Shown piece after piece: positions 1 through 15,100 of a stretch of 64,000 bases of DNA. The notes beneath the pieces are model-generated. The model had not been told where the DNA came from. It did not search any database and was given only the letters and a program-made list of their open reading frames with translations. A program made the position numbers and the translations under genes. Every line of letters begins with the position of its first letter. Within the stretch, counting starts at the first letter, position 1. The stretch comes from Balanoglossus misakiensis. Taxonomy: Eukaryota; Animalia; Hemichordata. Location of the stretch: positions 4,340,305 to 4,404,304 of the forward strand of contig CM082577.2 in the NCBI GenBank assembly GCA_040954595.2. The letters are read 5' to 3'.

Positions 1-117
1 TTGTGGTAACCTCAATAGACCCCATAGTGAATTTGGCCAGTGGCAGTATCCTTACTGGTAGCAATGACCACACTCTGCAGTGTTTGAATTATGAATATCA
101 TTCTGTCCCCATTTCAG

Positions 118-3100
118 TGTGGCAGCACCCTTTTGTCAACGTTTTCAAACACCTGAATGTTGGAGAATGGAAGAAGTGTGCCAAAGAAGGCGAAGTTATG
201 ACGGTGATGGTGAGTACGATCAGGACTTGGATCTCGCTTCCTCTATAGGGACTGTGCTTGGATGCATCACCTGTTTGGTCACGGTCCCTCCGTCATGGAG
301 GGGCCATGGTCTGGTAGATGTATCCTGTCAGTCACTCATGTCAGTTGTATTATTTTGGTTATTTTAGTTCCTTTGATGGGCTACTAGTATATCCTATTAA
401 AGTAAACTAAAATAACTAATGTCAAAGTTAGCAACTTTTTCCCTTTAATGAAAAGCAAGGTTGGCATTACAATGTTACAAGGGAAAACAGTAGAATTTAA
501 TAATAGTGCTGATGTACATGAAATACATCAAGCCCATCTGTATGACATTCTGCAAGAAAGTCCAAAGGGTTAAATGAAAAATAACCCAGCAAACTCCCAG
601 TTATTGATAGGCAATGCACAACTGCGCATGATGCCACAAGATTCATCAGTTTGAATGCTTGCTTGATTACAACTCTGCAATCGTCAAGAATGCTGCTTTG
701 CGTCATACCACAGAGCATTGGTATTCTGCCACTAAGCCCTGTAGTAGCATGGTGTGTTTCCCTCGAAACTAGCCAGGCATACTAAAATGGGAATTTTGGT
801 TCAAATTATACACTGGGCTCAGACTGTGAAGGTTGGTGCACTGCAGATGTACAGACAGTGTATTCCGAAAAAAACAATGATTTCTGATGCAAGTCACACG
901 CAGAGATTAATTGGCCGGCGGTCTTCAGGCACTTGGAAATTCTGGTATCATTTGGAAGTGTTAATTGGGTGATTCACATTCTATTCTGGGGAATATTAAA
1001 CTTTGCCTATAAATGCAACTCCAAAATTAACTTCCAAATCATGTAGTGCTCTTTGAGTATGCAAACCGCTCATTTATTTGATCTTGTTGACTCCCACTGA
1101 ATGTTTTGTTTTGGTATTTTCAATGATTTGCCACAGCACCACCACCCTGAATTGTTTCAATTTCAGGGGGCTCCATTCACATTAAGGTAAAAATTACTGT
1201 TTGAATATTTCATGGCCTGCGCCGTGTCATCATTCCGCTGGTGTCCACTTCCTCACCACTGATCCAATCAAGATGGATAGTGTTCTTGTGACCTCAAATC
1301 ATTTCTTGTGCAGTATACAGGCTGTGTCATCAAACAGGGAAATGGAACTGCTCACTACTTTCTGTATGCTGTCACCAATTCACATGTTTTTAATAAATTA
1401 TGAGATGAAATTGATATTGTTGAATTCCTGACCAGGGACTTAAGAATGTTTTTGTATTTTTGCAATCTTACTTCTCCTAGACATTTGGCATTTCTGCTTG
1501 CTGTTGCAGGCACATTTTGACTTTTGAATTTTACTCCAAACAAAATCAAACCAAGCAAAGCTGCCTTCACTAGAGTAACTCTTTCTGCTTTGCACAATTT
1601 GGAAGAGTCCTTCCTGTGAAGGAAGCTCTGCTGTCAGGTAAAGTGGAGAGAATTTCTCTACTGGTTTTAAACCTGGGAGTCCAGGCCTTCAGATGGACTT
1701 CCTCTGGTGAAGGTGAATACAGCTTTGCTAGCAGGGTGTCAGACTGCTGACTTGCTTCTAGGTTCCAGCATTAGCCTGATTTATGCAAGTGGTATAATTT
1801 ATTTAGTTTGGTTATTAACTTTTTAGTTTTACAATTATACAATTGCAGGACAAACAGTTGAAGTGTACTGTGTACAGGATCACTGGTTCTATACCGGCCG
1901 GAAACTACATACAGTTACCGAAGACGTCTACTCAGTCGCTGGGTCTGACCGGCAGGTACTTCTACCTGTTGTTTAAGCCACTGCCGGGCAAGTACTTTGT
2001 GGTGCATTTGGACGTTGCCACCCAAGATGGCCTCATCGTCAGGATTTCTTTCTCCAACTTGTTCAAGGAGTTCAAGAGCACTTCGACGTGGCTGCAGTTT
2101 CCGTATGTGTGTAACCCGTCCAAAGGCTCGGTCGAGGGTTACACAGCACTGACATCTAGGCATGGTAAAGTTAATCTTTGGTTTTCCTAAGATGGGCCAT
2201 GTTTTAAAATATTAGCTGGATTACACTGGAAATAACTATAAGTACACTATGAAAAACACAGCAGATCTCGGATACAAGATGAAGATAAATAGCGCTAATG
2301 ACGCTGTTGCTCCCGTGGGATTCTATTGCATGTACCTTTTTTTTGCATCTTTCCACATTCTCTGTTTTCGTTTCCAGATCATCAAGGCCCGGCTCCACCA
2401 GTCGTGAGGTGGACAGTGCTTTCGTTAGATTTCCAGTACATTCTGTCGATGTACTTGAATCGCAAGTACTCGTACTTGAAGAACGTGCGCCTGTGCGCCA
2501 ATATGCAGGTGAAGAACGTCTTCACGAGCGACATGCAGTACGAACCGGGTCTGTCGCTGAAGACGGCCAAGAGAACCGGGATGCTGTCGGAAGGAGTGTC
2601 GCCTGTTCCCAGAGAGATGTCCTTCCCTGTGCCCAAACACCATGACTGGTATGATTATTATGACCATATCAGGTGGGTCTACTTTTTGGTGTTTTTGGTT
2701 TGTGCTTTGTTTTGTTTGGTATAACGTTTGAAAATGCCATTCCTCAAGGGCATAGTATCATGAGATGCCCTTGACCTGAATCTCTCCATTCTACGATTGT
2801 GAGCCGAGGTTTTTCGACACTGTACCGCGCTGCTTGGGCTTTCAATTTCTCTTTGTGGTTGGTGTGTGGGAAAACATAATTTTGGACTACTTTACGTTGG
2901 GAGAAAAAGAACATTATTTGGTTCTTTGGGCTTTCAAAATGACTGCACCCTCTTGAATTTAAGAAGTGAGATTAAATGGACAATTGTCTGTCAGAAAAAT
3001 GTCTACTTTGACGAAGACAGCATGTTTGCTACTAAAGCTTAATTCTGAGGAACCAAAATTAAAAACATTGGCAGGTATTTCTTTCTAATTTAATTGAACC

Positions 3101-6100
3101 ACATGGGTAATGATGCTGTGTTTGTGCCGTGTTCATGTTCCAGATTACTTAGAGAGGGGATAATGGTTTTACCTTCAGCCGTGTCTTCTTCATCCCCTCC
3201 AGCAAGTTTCCTAACTCCATGAATTTAGAGAGATATTTGAAGCGGCTTTGTCCGGTCCTCTCCCGCTTATTTCCTAAAAAGCCTTTCCCTGTTGCATAAA
3301 AGCGACCCATTTCCCTAATCTCGCAACCGCTCCAATTGCATTTTGTCTGAGATTGGTTTCCTGGGGTGGAAATTCCTGCCCACGTATCATTACTGGGTAA
3401 GTCTGTGGGTTAAAAGGGCTTCGAGATTTCAAATCAAAATGCCGGGTCTGTGGAATAATGTTTCAAGACTTAGAGTCAAGACTCTTCATTTATGGGCTGT
3501 TTAATTGGGCAGTCACATTTTGAGCTTGATCTTGATTCTTGAAGGGTACATGCTATGACTGAAGTTGTACTTGCTTCAATGTCTCATGAATTGTTGCAAT
3601 GTGCTGTGCAACTTTGCAGTCCCTGTAAAAATATTCATGGAAAAGCATTGTACATTCCCATGGAAAGGCCTGGAATTCTGTCTGACTTTGAGCGTAGGAA
3701 AACATGTCGATTTAGAAGAAGAAAAAATTGCATAACTCACCAATGAAAATTAATGTGTATTGTACACACACATGTATATCTCATTTAAACCACAAAATGG
3801 TTACTATTTCTACACCAAAAAGAGATTTGTGCTTACACTTCCCACTCACTCACTATCAAAATTAGATTCACGTAATTTCAAAGACACATTGAGATTTATC
3901 AGGTGCACATGTTAGCAACGTTGTGACAAGATTTTCATTTCAGTTTTGTTGCCTCCTGTAAATTAGAGTGACGGTAATGTGATTTACAGCTCCGATACTC
4001 CATCTTGACTGATCCCGGGCGCAGCGCCTCTTTAATTTAACAACATCCTTTAGATTATAGGCACTCTAAAACATCACGGGCGAATTGCTCCTTGTAGAGA
4101 GGGGATCTGAGAGCTTCTTACATGGAAAAGCGCTATGCTTTCAATCACTCTGCGACAACCACCCGGTATTGCAGGGGGATTATTTTTCTCTGCGCTGAAT
4201 ATTACAAGCAATCACGGCCGTGGCAGTGTTTTTAAGGAGCTAATCGCTTGTTTTTTTATCTGTTCGTTTCTTTGTGCGCGCGCTGAATGAGGGGAGACTC
4301 CGAATAAAGCTCCGGGTTGAGTGGTAATTACACGCGTCTTTTATGGCGTCGAATTAGTCTCCAGCGAAATTTGTCACTTTGTTGATTTTGCACACTGCCC
4401 ACCAATTATGACTTCCACTCTCTCCAAGCGTACATTGCTCCGTGCAGTGACAGTATAGTCACTGAGCAATCTCGTTTTTTACTCTAAAAAAAGCACAACT
4501 TCAACAGAATTCAATTAACGGGACTTAAATTACATCAACATCACTTTCACTCATTTCCCTATGCAAATATGGCTATTTTAGATGTTTAAACGGTTTGTAT
4601 CGCCAGCAAGCATGTTCGGGATGACACAAATTGTACAGTAAACTCGAGATTCATTAAAATCACGCGCCAAGTGATAAAAACATACTTAATATGTTACCGG
4701 GTAAAGAATATACAGACATGCATGTAACTGTGAGCCATTTGTACATGTGCATCACTGTGAATCTGTAATGGGTGATTACATGTGTGTGCGCACAGTCTTT
4801 TACATATTTCTAGTTTGGAATTCACTGGAAAATCATGCTTATCAAGAGCGCTGTGGATGACTCTCACCTCTCATATCTCTATGAAAACACAGCTAAGACC
4901 ATTGCCAAACTTGTCACAAATAATCACTGAATGGTCCGAGATACCAACAGTGTACAGATAACTCACAACAGACCTCCAAACCTTCACCAACCAACTGCGA
5001 GTGTGCGAACCCACATTCGTGCGCTGACACTTTCGGTCTGCGACTAGATTCCCTCGCGTGATGCTATCACTGAAATTCGTTTATTGCGACGGAATGAGAT
5101 TATGTCAAATAGGCTTCGGTTGAAGCGCTGTGTATGTAATTGTGCCAGTAAACTGACCCTAAATGACATCAACAAGAACCTTGCCACACTACAAGAAATC
5201 ATTACAATATGTACCTAGTGATGACACGCACAGTAATCAGACTTCAAGTTAAATATCTTTCCTGAGAAAACTGCCGATGTGAATTTTCTTGTCTAATTTT
5301 ATGTCCAATTTCAAGTAAAAACGAAATAATTTTTTTTTTCAGTTCAGTTCTAACCCCACAATTCTTTTTAACTGAAGAAGTGGACAATGGTGTTACATAC
5401 AATAGGCCTTTGTCATTTGAATGAAAGGTGTGTCGGACGTGAATAGCGTCCGTCATGGCTACTTGCCAACTGGCCGTGTGTGGAACAATTCCGTTAAGCA
5501 GTGATGGGTCTGTGCCTGTCGAACAACATATAAGAACCAATGCATTGGAGCGTTCACAGATAAAACGCCTACACGTAAATGGCCCTAGCCTTAGTGATAA
5601 AAAAAATCAACACTTACCATAAATCTGCAAAAGTCCCAACTATTGAAGTTTTGAAATTCTCACTGTTTACAGTCCAGTCTTGATCAGAAAAAACAAGCTT
5701 GACTGCGATGACGGGACTTCGATGGCATCGGGTGGATTCACCAGGACTTCTTCATTGATGTTGTTTTGGCATTGTCAAAGGAAAGCAACTGAATAGCTGT
5801 GTTTTCTATGCAGCCGCTCTGTCTCAAAAGGAGTATAGCTATGTGCGTGAGTGTGTGTATGTATGCGCGCGCTTAGCTCGCGAGTACAAGGTAATGAATA
5901 GCCTAGGGTGTCAGATTCCAAAGGCTTTTACGAACGTGTGATTTCGCTTTAAAATATCAATTTTACACTTTTCTTTTATTTAGTCAGCTGATGCTTTTAG
6001 GGCTGCCAGTGCTTGTCATGTGGAATCTCAGACAGTGTTGCCTCTGGTTCCTTTTTGAATTTTAATAATCTCGAATGAATATGTGACGTTAAAGCCCCAA

Positions 6101-9100
6101 TAGCTTCTATTTTTCAGAATTTTTTCATGATTTTATGTACATGTACCTACACAGTGGGCATGAACATTAAATACCTTTTTTTTCTGTTAAAAAACTCAGA
6201 ATTATTGTCAGCTAGGTCTAGAGCAATTGATGTAATCTTTTCTTGTTGTGTATAATTACAAATTTGATATGTCAATAATATTGATATACCATTCCTAAGT
6301 GTATGAATCTGTGGGAGCCCTTACTCAAATTCGTGACAAGACATATCGCTATGGAGGGTGCATATCTTAAATACCATCTGTGTCTCCGAGTCGTAATATC
6401 TCCTGCTCGAAGACATTTATTTGGAATTGGTAGTTTAGAGAATGCAATTTGTGTGTGTAGATATAGTTACCGTCATCCTAATGGTCGTTACTGGCCATCA
6501 AGCCTGCCATCAGTCAAGAGTGTGCCGCGCAAATGACGCCATAAAGGCAAATCCGGATCATGGATAAGAAACTAGGAAAAAGTTAAGGAGGGGACACAGA
6601 AAATGATGTGATTTTGATATCAACATCTGTGTGGTCGTTTTTTCCACTCCAACTGTTGCCATGGTTGCTCATGCACTTTCATAGGGATTCTCTTTAACTG
6701 TCCCAAGATCAGAAAAGAAACGTACGTAACTCTGTCGGTAATCTGCCAAACTCATTTCAGACGTGGCAATATTAGTTAGAAGTCAGTTTTGTGATTTCAG
6801 ACTTTTTGTTTTGACTTGGTACCCGATGTGGCTCTCTCTTCCAGATTTCCATCAGATGCAACAAAAGTCCCGTTCGACTCAATCCAGATGGGCAGAGGTA
6901 GCCCTGGACCCATCACAAGGAGTACATTAGGAACAATGAGTGCACAGAGAGTCTCTCCACAGCAAGTTAATGTAAGTGTTCAATATTGTGTGATTTACGA
7001 GGTACATTGGAGTTCACAGATAATGGTATGAAAATGTGCATGTAATGTACTTAAATTCTAGAAAAAATACCTTTTTGGGGGAAAAAATGTGAATTTCTTA
7101 TCTCATTCAAAATGTTTTGAGCCAAATCTGCAGTCATTAATTTCTAATGAAGCTTTTCTGTCAGTGCTGACAGGAGATTACTTTTAAACTCTGAACCCCG
7201 ATTATAAAATCCATGAACACGTTTTTAGATATACTGACAAATTGAAAAGATAATAACGCTTGGCTATTGTGTGAGGATCAAAGCCTTGTTTGCGTAGATT
7301 CTGTAGAATTTTGTTCAGGGGAAATGAAAGTGAAAGACGTCAAATATTTGTCTTGACTGCTAGTCAATATTTGGAGCCGTTTCCATCCATTTGTTGGACA
7401 AATAGATTGATTACAATTGCCTGAAATTTGTCTGATATTGGATTCAGTGTTCAGTTTCAGGACAACTGATGAATACCCAGGATGTACTTTTATTGGATGT
7501 GACATACATTTGTAAAGTCACACTACTAAAGGATTTCTAGAATTTTGAATAACACTGAGAATTTATTTTTGCTATTTCTTGTCAACTTATGTGAACAGAA
7601 TAGGTAATACGAATTTTCACTGTGATTTTTATTTTGGCGGAAAACTAGTCCAGCGAAAATAGTGAAAAGTCCCAGTAAAAATTAAGTATCTAAGTATATC
7701 ATCATGTGTATTCATCGAATTCAGATTTAACTCGTATGACGGAATACTGTAATCAGATATCAGAATTGACAGTCATTGCCCCCAATATATCATCAACAAT
7801 AACTTGCCATAATTTTGGATCTACTCAATAGTAATGTATCATCTGATTTATTGTGAGGACAACTACATGTAAGAGTGAAGAGGGGAAATTGACAATATGT
7901 TCCATAAATCAACTTCCTGGTGTCTGCCACCTCGCAAACCGTGATTGATGGTTTCGTTGGTCCATGATGTATTGCCCCAAATGCCATCATGACAACGAAA
8001 TCTTGGAAATACTCCATGCGTGTGATTTCTCCCGGATTAATCTCCCGGCTGATCTGATATGACAGATGTTCACACACTTCACCTGGGGGGGGGGGGGGGG
8101 GGGAATTGAGAATACTGACACACAAAAAGTAATTTCACGCTTGTGTTTTCTTATCAAAATATTATGTAATATTAATGTTCATGATGCTCGTGTGTATCTT
8201 CATATTATTTTATCAAATCACAGGTCAGCCGAGCGGTCAGCGACAGAGTTTCACTGATAAATAAATTAACGTCACCCAAAAAGGTAAGGATTTTTGTCCT
8301 GAAATCTTCCATTTCTTGCCTTCACTGTGCCAATTTTGAGCTACCATTTATATCAGTGTCAGCAGTTAATTTTCAAAATGTTTGTACTGAAAATATGGAA
8401 TGTTATTTTTGTTGCATGTTATTTCTGTTTACTTGTACAATGTAGCTTTGCAAGCAAGTTCAATTGTTTGGTTTTATTCCAATCAATTTTGAAGGGCTGG
8501 TCTAAATTATTTTTTTTTTAAAATTATACACTCACTGAAAGATAAAACCCAGATGTTTACATTTTACAGACAAATATTAATTAATATAGTACAGCTCAAC
8601 AATAAAAACCTGAGGGAAATTAATACTTGTCATTGTCATGGCTGATCTGATGCAACCTGGATATTATCAGAGAGTGGCCAAATGTGCATGATTTTATAGT
8701 TCCATTAACAGTGTCATCACTCTGAAATGAAAGCATTGGTTTGATGTATTAGCAAATCCTTACTGTAAAACAAGGTGGTCATTATTACTGACCTATACAC
8801 GTAGTAATGATTGTCTCGAAAAAAAATTGAGGAGCTGCACATTTTCACCAAATTGGCGGCCATATTGAAAATGGTCTTATCAATAAACTACCACCAAAAA
8901 TGACACTAATACTTTTATTGTTTCAGGTACATCACAAGGTAAAAGTCACCAGGGAGTTACCGGAAGTGAACGTGGCAACGGAGGGACCCGCCATCGTGAA
9001 AGGAGCAGAGGGCGAGGTGCACGTCTTCGCTCATCCCGATGATGACGTCACTGTTCACAGACACCATGACGATACAGGAATGGTGAGTGTTGGCCATCTT

Positions 9101-12100
9101 GTTGATGCGTTAAATCCAGTTCTGTCCATTCAGTGTCTTCTACACTGGCACAGGAATCTGTCCTGTAGGATTGGACCTATCTTCCTTGCTGCTCAGCAGA
9201 ACATGTACTTTTAACCACCTCCAGAGGGGGTGCTCTGTGCATGTAACTCAGTTTTGACCGGTTGTACATTTGTGTGTATCTTGGGCAGTATATTCTTCAA
9301 GTCGATTGTGAAAATTCTACTGGAAGTCACTCATTTTTACTGATAGATTGTCTAGCATGAGCTTCTTACAGTCCGCTATGTAGAGAAGACATTTCTTAAT
9401 TTTGGCTTGATGAGATTTTGTCATGCGGCAGTAGTCCCCGCAAATGCAAGGAAGCCATCGAATGCCACCATAAACATGATACCACTATCACTCTTGGCAA
9501 GTCATGTGAATCAAATGAGTGATACAATAATATCACTTTTGTAAATAATACCAAATTCGTTGCATTCTGATCAAAGTTTTGTAATCACAGATGTCAGAGT
9601 CTAGTTATAATACTGTAACAGTATTCCTGCAGAGATAAATGTGTCGGGTATGGCCTGGTTTTACTGTAGATGTAAAACTGCATTCTTTTGTGATCTGAGA
9701 TTGATGGTTTTTTTGTGTTATTTCAATTTCAAGGTACAATCAACAAAAGTCAGTGGTCCATCAGCCATTCCTCGTTATGAACGGGATTACAAGGTAATCC
9801 AGATGTAATTTTCAAGAGATTGAAGTTAATAATTAAGGGTTGGGAATGGATGATCGAGTGAAGATATTCAATTGTAGTACAGAAAGAAACAATCAGAACT
9901 TCATTTTCCTACGAGCAATTACTCTTGAAAAAGACAACAATTTACATCTGAAAAGAATCACTCACAGAACTATATTTCCGTGACCCCTCTTTAAAATCGT
10001 TAACCCTTTCACCACAATGGTTTGATCCAAATCCATTGTTTTCTGTGGTAAACTTGGACCTCTTTAGAGGGAACTGGGGGTGGCAGCGTTAAGGGTCACT
10101 CTCCAAACTAGATTTGATTTTGTCGCTTGGTCCTAACTGCTTTCTGTAATTGATTTGTTTTAGACTCTGAAACCAGACCCCATCCTTGCACTGCGAAGAA
10201 TTGTGGGTTTTGGTGGCAGTACTGTTAGGGAGGTAAGGCTTCTTATTTCTGTTTTTAGCTCCCCTTTTTTGGCAAAGAGAGCCATTTAACCAGTATTTAC
10301 TGAATGGAGGACTACCTATTGCAAATGATAAGTGCGTTGGATTTTCCCCCAGGTGCTGTGGAGTCGCAATGGAACCACAGCAGTCTATCCTTGCCACGCG
10401 GTCATCGTTGCTATGAACGCATTCAACGGACAACAGCGGTTCTTCATAGGACACACAGACAAGGTAAGAATCTGAAATTACAACTTGATGGCTTGGTTCT
10501 TCAAATGCGGATTTTTCAAAGCAAGCGAAACAAGTTCTGTAGTAGATTTAGAGGCATTGTATCCAAATATGACATGGCATATTATGATTAACAGAGAATA
10601 ATTACGTTCAAGGAAACTGATGGCATCCGAAATGATATTTTTTTTAATATTCTGGACACTTTTCTCAGGTATCGGCCCTTGCATTCAACGGAAACACTAC
10701 GTTGCTTGCGTCAGCCCAGACGGGCAAACTGAGCGTGGTCAGAGTCTGGAGGTTCGATACAGCAGAGTGTCTGGCTATGTTTAAAACTCACGTCCACTCA
10801 GTGTACTGTTTGAGGTAAGACTGCATTGCTGTACTAAGAAATTTGTTTCAGCAAGATGTTACTTTATGTTGGTCTGTAATGCTGAAGTCTGCTGAAACGG
10901 TTGTTCTGTCTGTCTGTCTGAGTTAATAGAGTTTTTTGGGAGCAAAATAACTACCGATACATTGTGAGAATCATTTTCACTATTCTTGTTTTCATGAGAC
11001 CACCCAACTTCTTTTGTGAATGATTTTTGGTACTGTGGATGGTTTTCAGAAAATACTCTGACAATTAATATATATTTATATTGTCCCTTGCAGTTTTTCG
11101 CACAGTGGTGGTGTCCTGTGCGGAGTTGGTAAAGACAGCCATCATAAAAATGTAAGTGTGTGATATTTCAGTGGCGTGCACAAAACATTTTGTATGGTGC
11201 TTTTTAGTTTGTATGTGAATATGTATGTGTGTGTGTTCTGCTCATGTATGTCTGGATTGTGGAAGCATACAGATTTCGACAGTATACAATGGCATCGGTT
11301 TGTTCATACAATGTATAATCAGTGATCTGCTCTTGTTTTATTGTTAGATGGTGGTCGTGTGGAATACGACCCGTGTGAATCGTAGCGGCGAAGTGACGGT
11401 GATGGCCAAGGCGCATACTGATGTGGACATCATGAGAATGAAGATTGCCAGCTTTGATGACACAAGGTTAGCAATTCGCCAGTTACACGTTCGCCTGATT
11501 ATTCACAAAGGATCTGAACGCCACAAAAGTGAACAACTAGTCATGGGAAATCAATTTGTGTGATTTGAAATACCGGGGCACACCATTCCAAGTTTTTTTG
11601 CCATAGAGGGCGCTGTGTGTGATATCGCCCAATACTTCTCTGTGACTTCTTGCAGGATGGTGTCTTGCGGTCGTGACAACGTCAGACTGTGGCGGGTGAG
11701 GAACGGATCGTTGCGTTCGGCTCCGGTAAATCTCGGCGAGTACCACTCCACCGATTTCACCGACGTCTGCTTCGACGCCGATTATAAACCAGCCGGAAAT
11801 CCGGCTGATAGAATGATGTAAGTACACTAGTTGATTGAACTGTATTTATGATTTCTTAAAGAGTCGTGCTTCTGATGATATTAACGGGAATTTAGTCCAA
11901 AACAAAATTGGCATGGAATGATTCTTTCATACACATTTATGGGCTTGACAGACGTCAGTAGCAGCATTGTGCCAATTCAAAAGCTATCAGCTGCGATCAA
12001 CATCTTCAAATAATAAGTCAAAGCACATCTCCTTTTGGCAGTCAAGGATATTCTTTTCACAAATGATCGCAATCTGTGAGATTATTGGATTTCTGAATCA

Positions 12101-15100
12101 AAATGTGGATGATTTCTTTACAGATATGCGTGCACAAAATCGGGCCATATCTTTGAGATCGACTATTCAAGGGTGTCTATAGTTCACGTCCGACGACTGT
12201 TGCCTGTGGAGAAGAAGAAGGACAAAGGCACATTCCATTCAGGTACGGGGGTGATATCAGTCATTGAACCTTTCAAGGGCATAGCTTCTGATTCCACTTT
12301 AAGTCAAAAACATTCAGATCATGCTAAAAATGCCACCCATTCATTGGACTCTCAGAAGTTATCACAGAACAATGTGAACAATTTTTTTTCGTCCTTCCTG
12401 ATTTTGTAGGTGTGGGTATTGCCATCAACTGTATGTCAGTCAACCAGTCTTTCTGTGTCACGGGGTCAGACGACGGCTACCTGCGGCTTTGGCCGTTGGA
12501 TTTCTCAAATGTTTTCCTTGAAGCAGGTAATGTAAATTGACATTTGAGTAGAACATCTTCACATTAGCATTCTTGGAATCGTAATAAACATTTCATGAAT
12601 GATTTTCGAGCACTATAAAAACACTTCAGTGACTTATCATTATTTTGTGAAATTTTCTCAGAGCACGAGGGCCCAGTCACAGCAGTGGACATCACCGTGG
12701 ACGGCTTACAGATCCTGGCAGGAACGCAGTCCGGAAACCTCGGCGTGTTGGACATCTCCACCAGGCAATACACGACCATCATGAGATCGCACACGGACGC
12801 TGTCAAGTCGGTGTCCGTGGATCCTCTCCGACGCCACTTGGCCACCGTCTCCTCAGACCACACCATCAGGATATGGGACTTGGATACCTTGCAGCAGGTA
12901 CGTATATATGGGAGAAGGTTGCAGCAGGGGTTGACTATGGGGGTGTAGCTGCAAGTGCTTATTGCAGAGTCCTGCCCACTGCCGTGATAAAACACCTAAT
13001 TTGAGCCACATCCAAATTCAGCGTGTACCAAGCTTTGAGATCTTTTTGCCTGCTCTGTAATTTCTGCTGTAAAAGCCATGTGTGGGCTTTTAGTGAAATA
13101 CCAGTGTTCAGTATGATGTTCTGGACACACAACTTTCCAGTTTATAAAAGGGTTTCAGTTTAGACAGGTTTCAATAGACGTCTAAATCACTCGCGTTTCT
13201 ATTTCTCTTTCTCTCTTTCTTCTCCATCAGCTGTTTGATTTCAGTGCTCCCAGGGAATCGCCATGTGCCATCGCTTACCACCCATCACTTCAGGTCTTTG
13301 CGTGTGGATTCGACAACGGTTGCGTCAGGGTCTTCAATGTAGCCACAACGAGTCTTCTGGCTGAACACAGGTAAAATCAATGTTTCATGACATGTATTCT
13401 CAAACACAACGCAACACACATAAAAATTCACATGTGCAACCGTCCTCTACCAGTTGAATTTTAAGTTTTTTGACTTTATGTAATATGGTTTGTTTTTGTT
13501 TTATTTCTGATTTCAGGCAACACCGCGCCAAAGTAACCGGTCTGATCTATTCACCCAACGGAAACTACCTGTACAGCTGTGGGGCCTTGGGTTCCGTGGC
13601 TCTGTACGATGTAGAGAGCGGTTACCAGCTGATGCGGCTGCTAGGCAACACTGTTGTCAAGGGTGAAGACTACGGTCCTGATGCCATAGCAGTGAGTGGA
13701 GACGGCCATCACGTGGTGTTTGTCGGACCCACAGAGTTTACTGTCAGCATTGTGGATGCAAGATCTCTTGATGAAGTAAGTGAGATGTTCAAATTGAGGG
13801 AGTGAGATATTTCAGTTGAACTCCTTTTTCACAAAGAGGGTGCCCTTCCAAAACATGGCGTAATCTCCAAGCAGTTGACACAAAAACGAGGATAGTAGAG
13901 GGCATAGATTGGTGTTTGTTGTACATGTATAATGTCGGTCCCAACTATAGCGGCGACCCACAAGATTATAAAGTTTTTTCTCCGTAACCTACTGGCCTTG
14001 TTTTCATTCCCTTGTCTGCGTTCAATTCAATGTTTCAGATTGTAAGAGTTGACATAACGTCCATGAACCGAGAAATGGAGTCGAACATTCTGGATTCCGC
14101 AGTCAAAGTGTGCTACGCACCGCAGAAGGCGAGACAGCTGTTGGTGGTCACCTCGTCGTCACGGCTACTGAAATTGGACGCCACCACTGGAAGACTGCTC
14201 AGTGAGGTATTTGCTTAGTTTTTATATGCACTTGTCTGACAAATTATCTGGGTAGTTGGAGGCAGTCATGTCATCTCTCTCAGTAGTGGTATAAAAAAAA
14301 TGGACATCTGCTTGCGGTCGGCTTGTAGCAGTTGGACATTTCTGTCATAGTTTGTGTTAGCATATCTTGATGCATGTAATTGTCCTGTGCTAGTTTTCTG
14401 TTAAACGTAAACCACTCGGTGCAGTACAGATGTAAAGTGTCCTGCAACAACCCAATTAAAGAGAATTCTTTTTTTTTGTAATTTCACAGGTGTCTAACAT
14501 TCACAGAGCAGGTTGCACATCCATCGACGTCTCACCAGACGGCAAGCATTTGGCCACCGCAGGTGACAAAGTTGTCAAAGTGTGGGATTACCACATGCGA
14601 CTGGACCTTAACTTTCAGGTAAGGAGCTTCAACCTTTGTTTTTAGTTCAACGTCCACAGTTTCTTTGTTTTTGTGTGAGTGCTCACGAACCCTCAGGACG
14701 CAGATGACTCTATATGTCTTCATGTCTTTTTCAGGTGTTCATTGGCCATTCGGAAAATGTTCAGAAGTTGTGTTTCACTCCAGATTCGCTTTCCTTGATA
14801 AGCATTGGCGAGGCCGTATTTGTTTGGGATTTCTACGGCACTGGCAGAGAAGCAGAACCGGTCGCCATGTAAGTAGATCTTTCAGAGTTGAAATGTACAT
14901 GTATGCCATGTCTGGTGTGTGTCATTGCTTTAGAGTTAGATCAAAGCGAACAGTGAAAATGAAAAAAAGATCCATTTTATTGTCAGTATCTATTCATTGC
15001 TGTTTAGGACAATATGGCTTCTATGTAGATGTTACTTCATGTTTGTACAACACTCTTTTGGAATTCACCATTTCCCGGTCTTCTTCATTTGCTTATTAGG

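Noticed and set aside
6089-6698. TTAAAG...CTTTAA-bounded DNA transposon (Kolobok-like)
   Set aside because: Terminal inverted match does not extend beyond about 6 bp.
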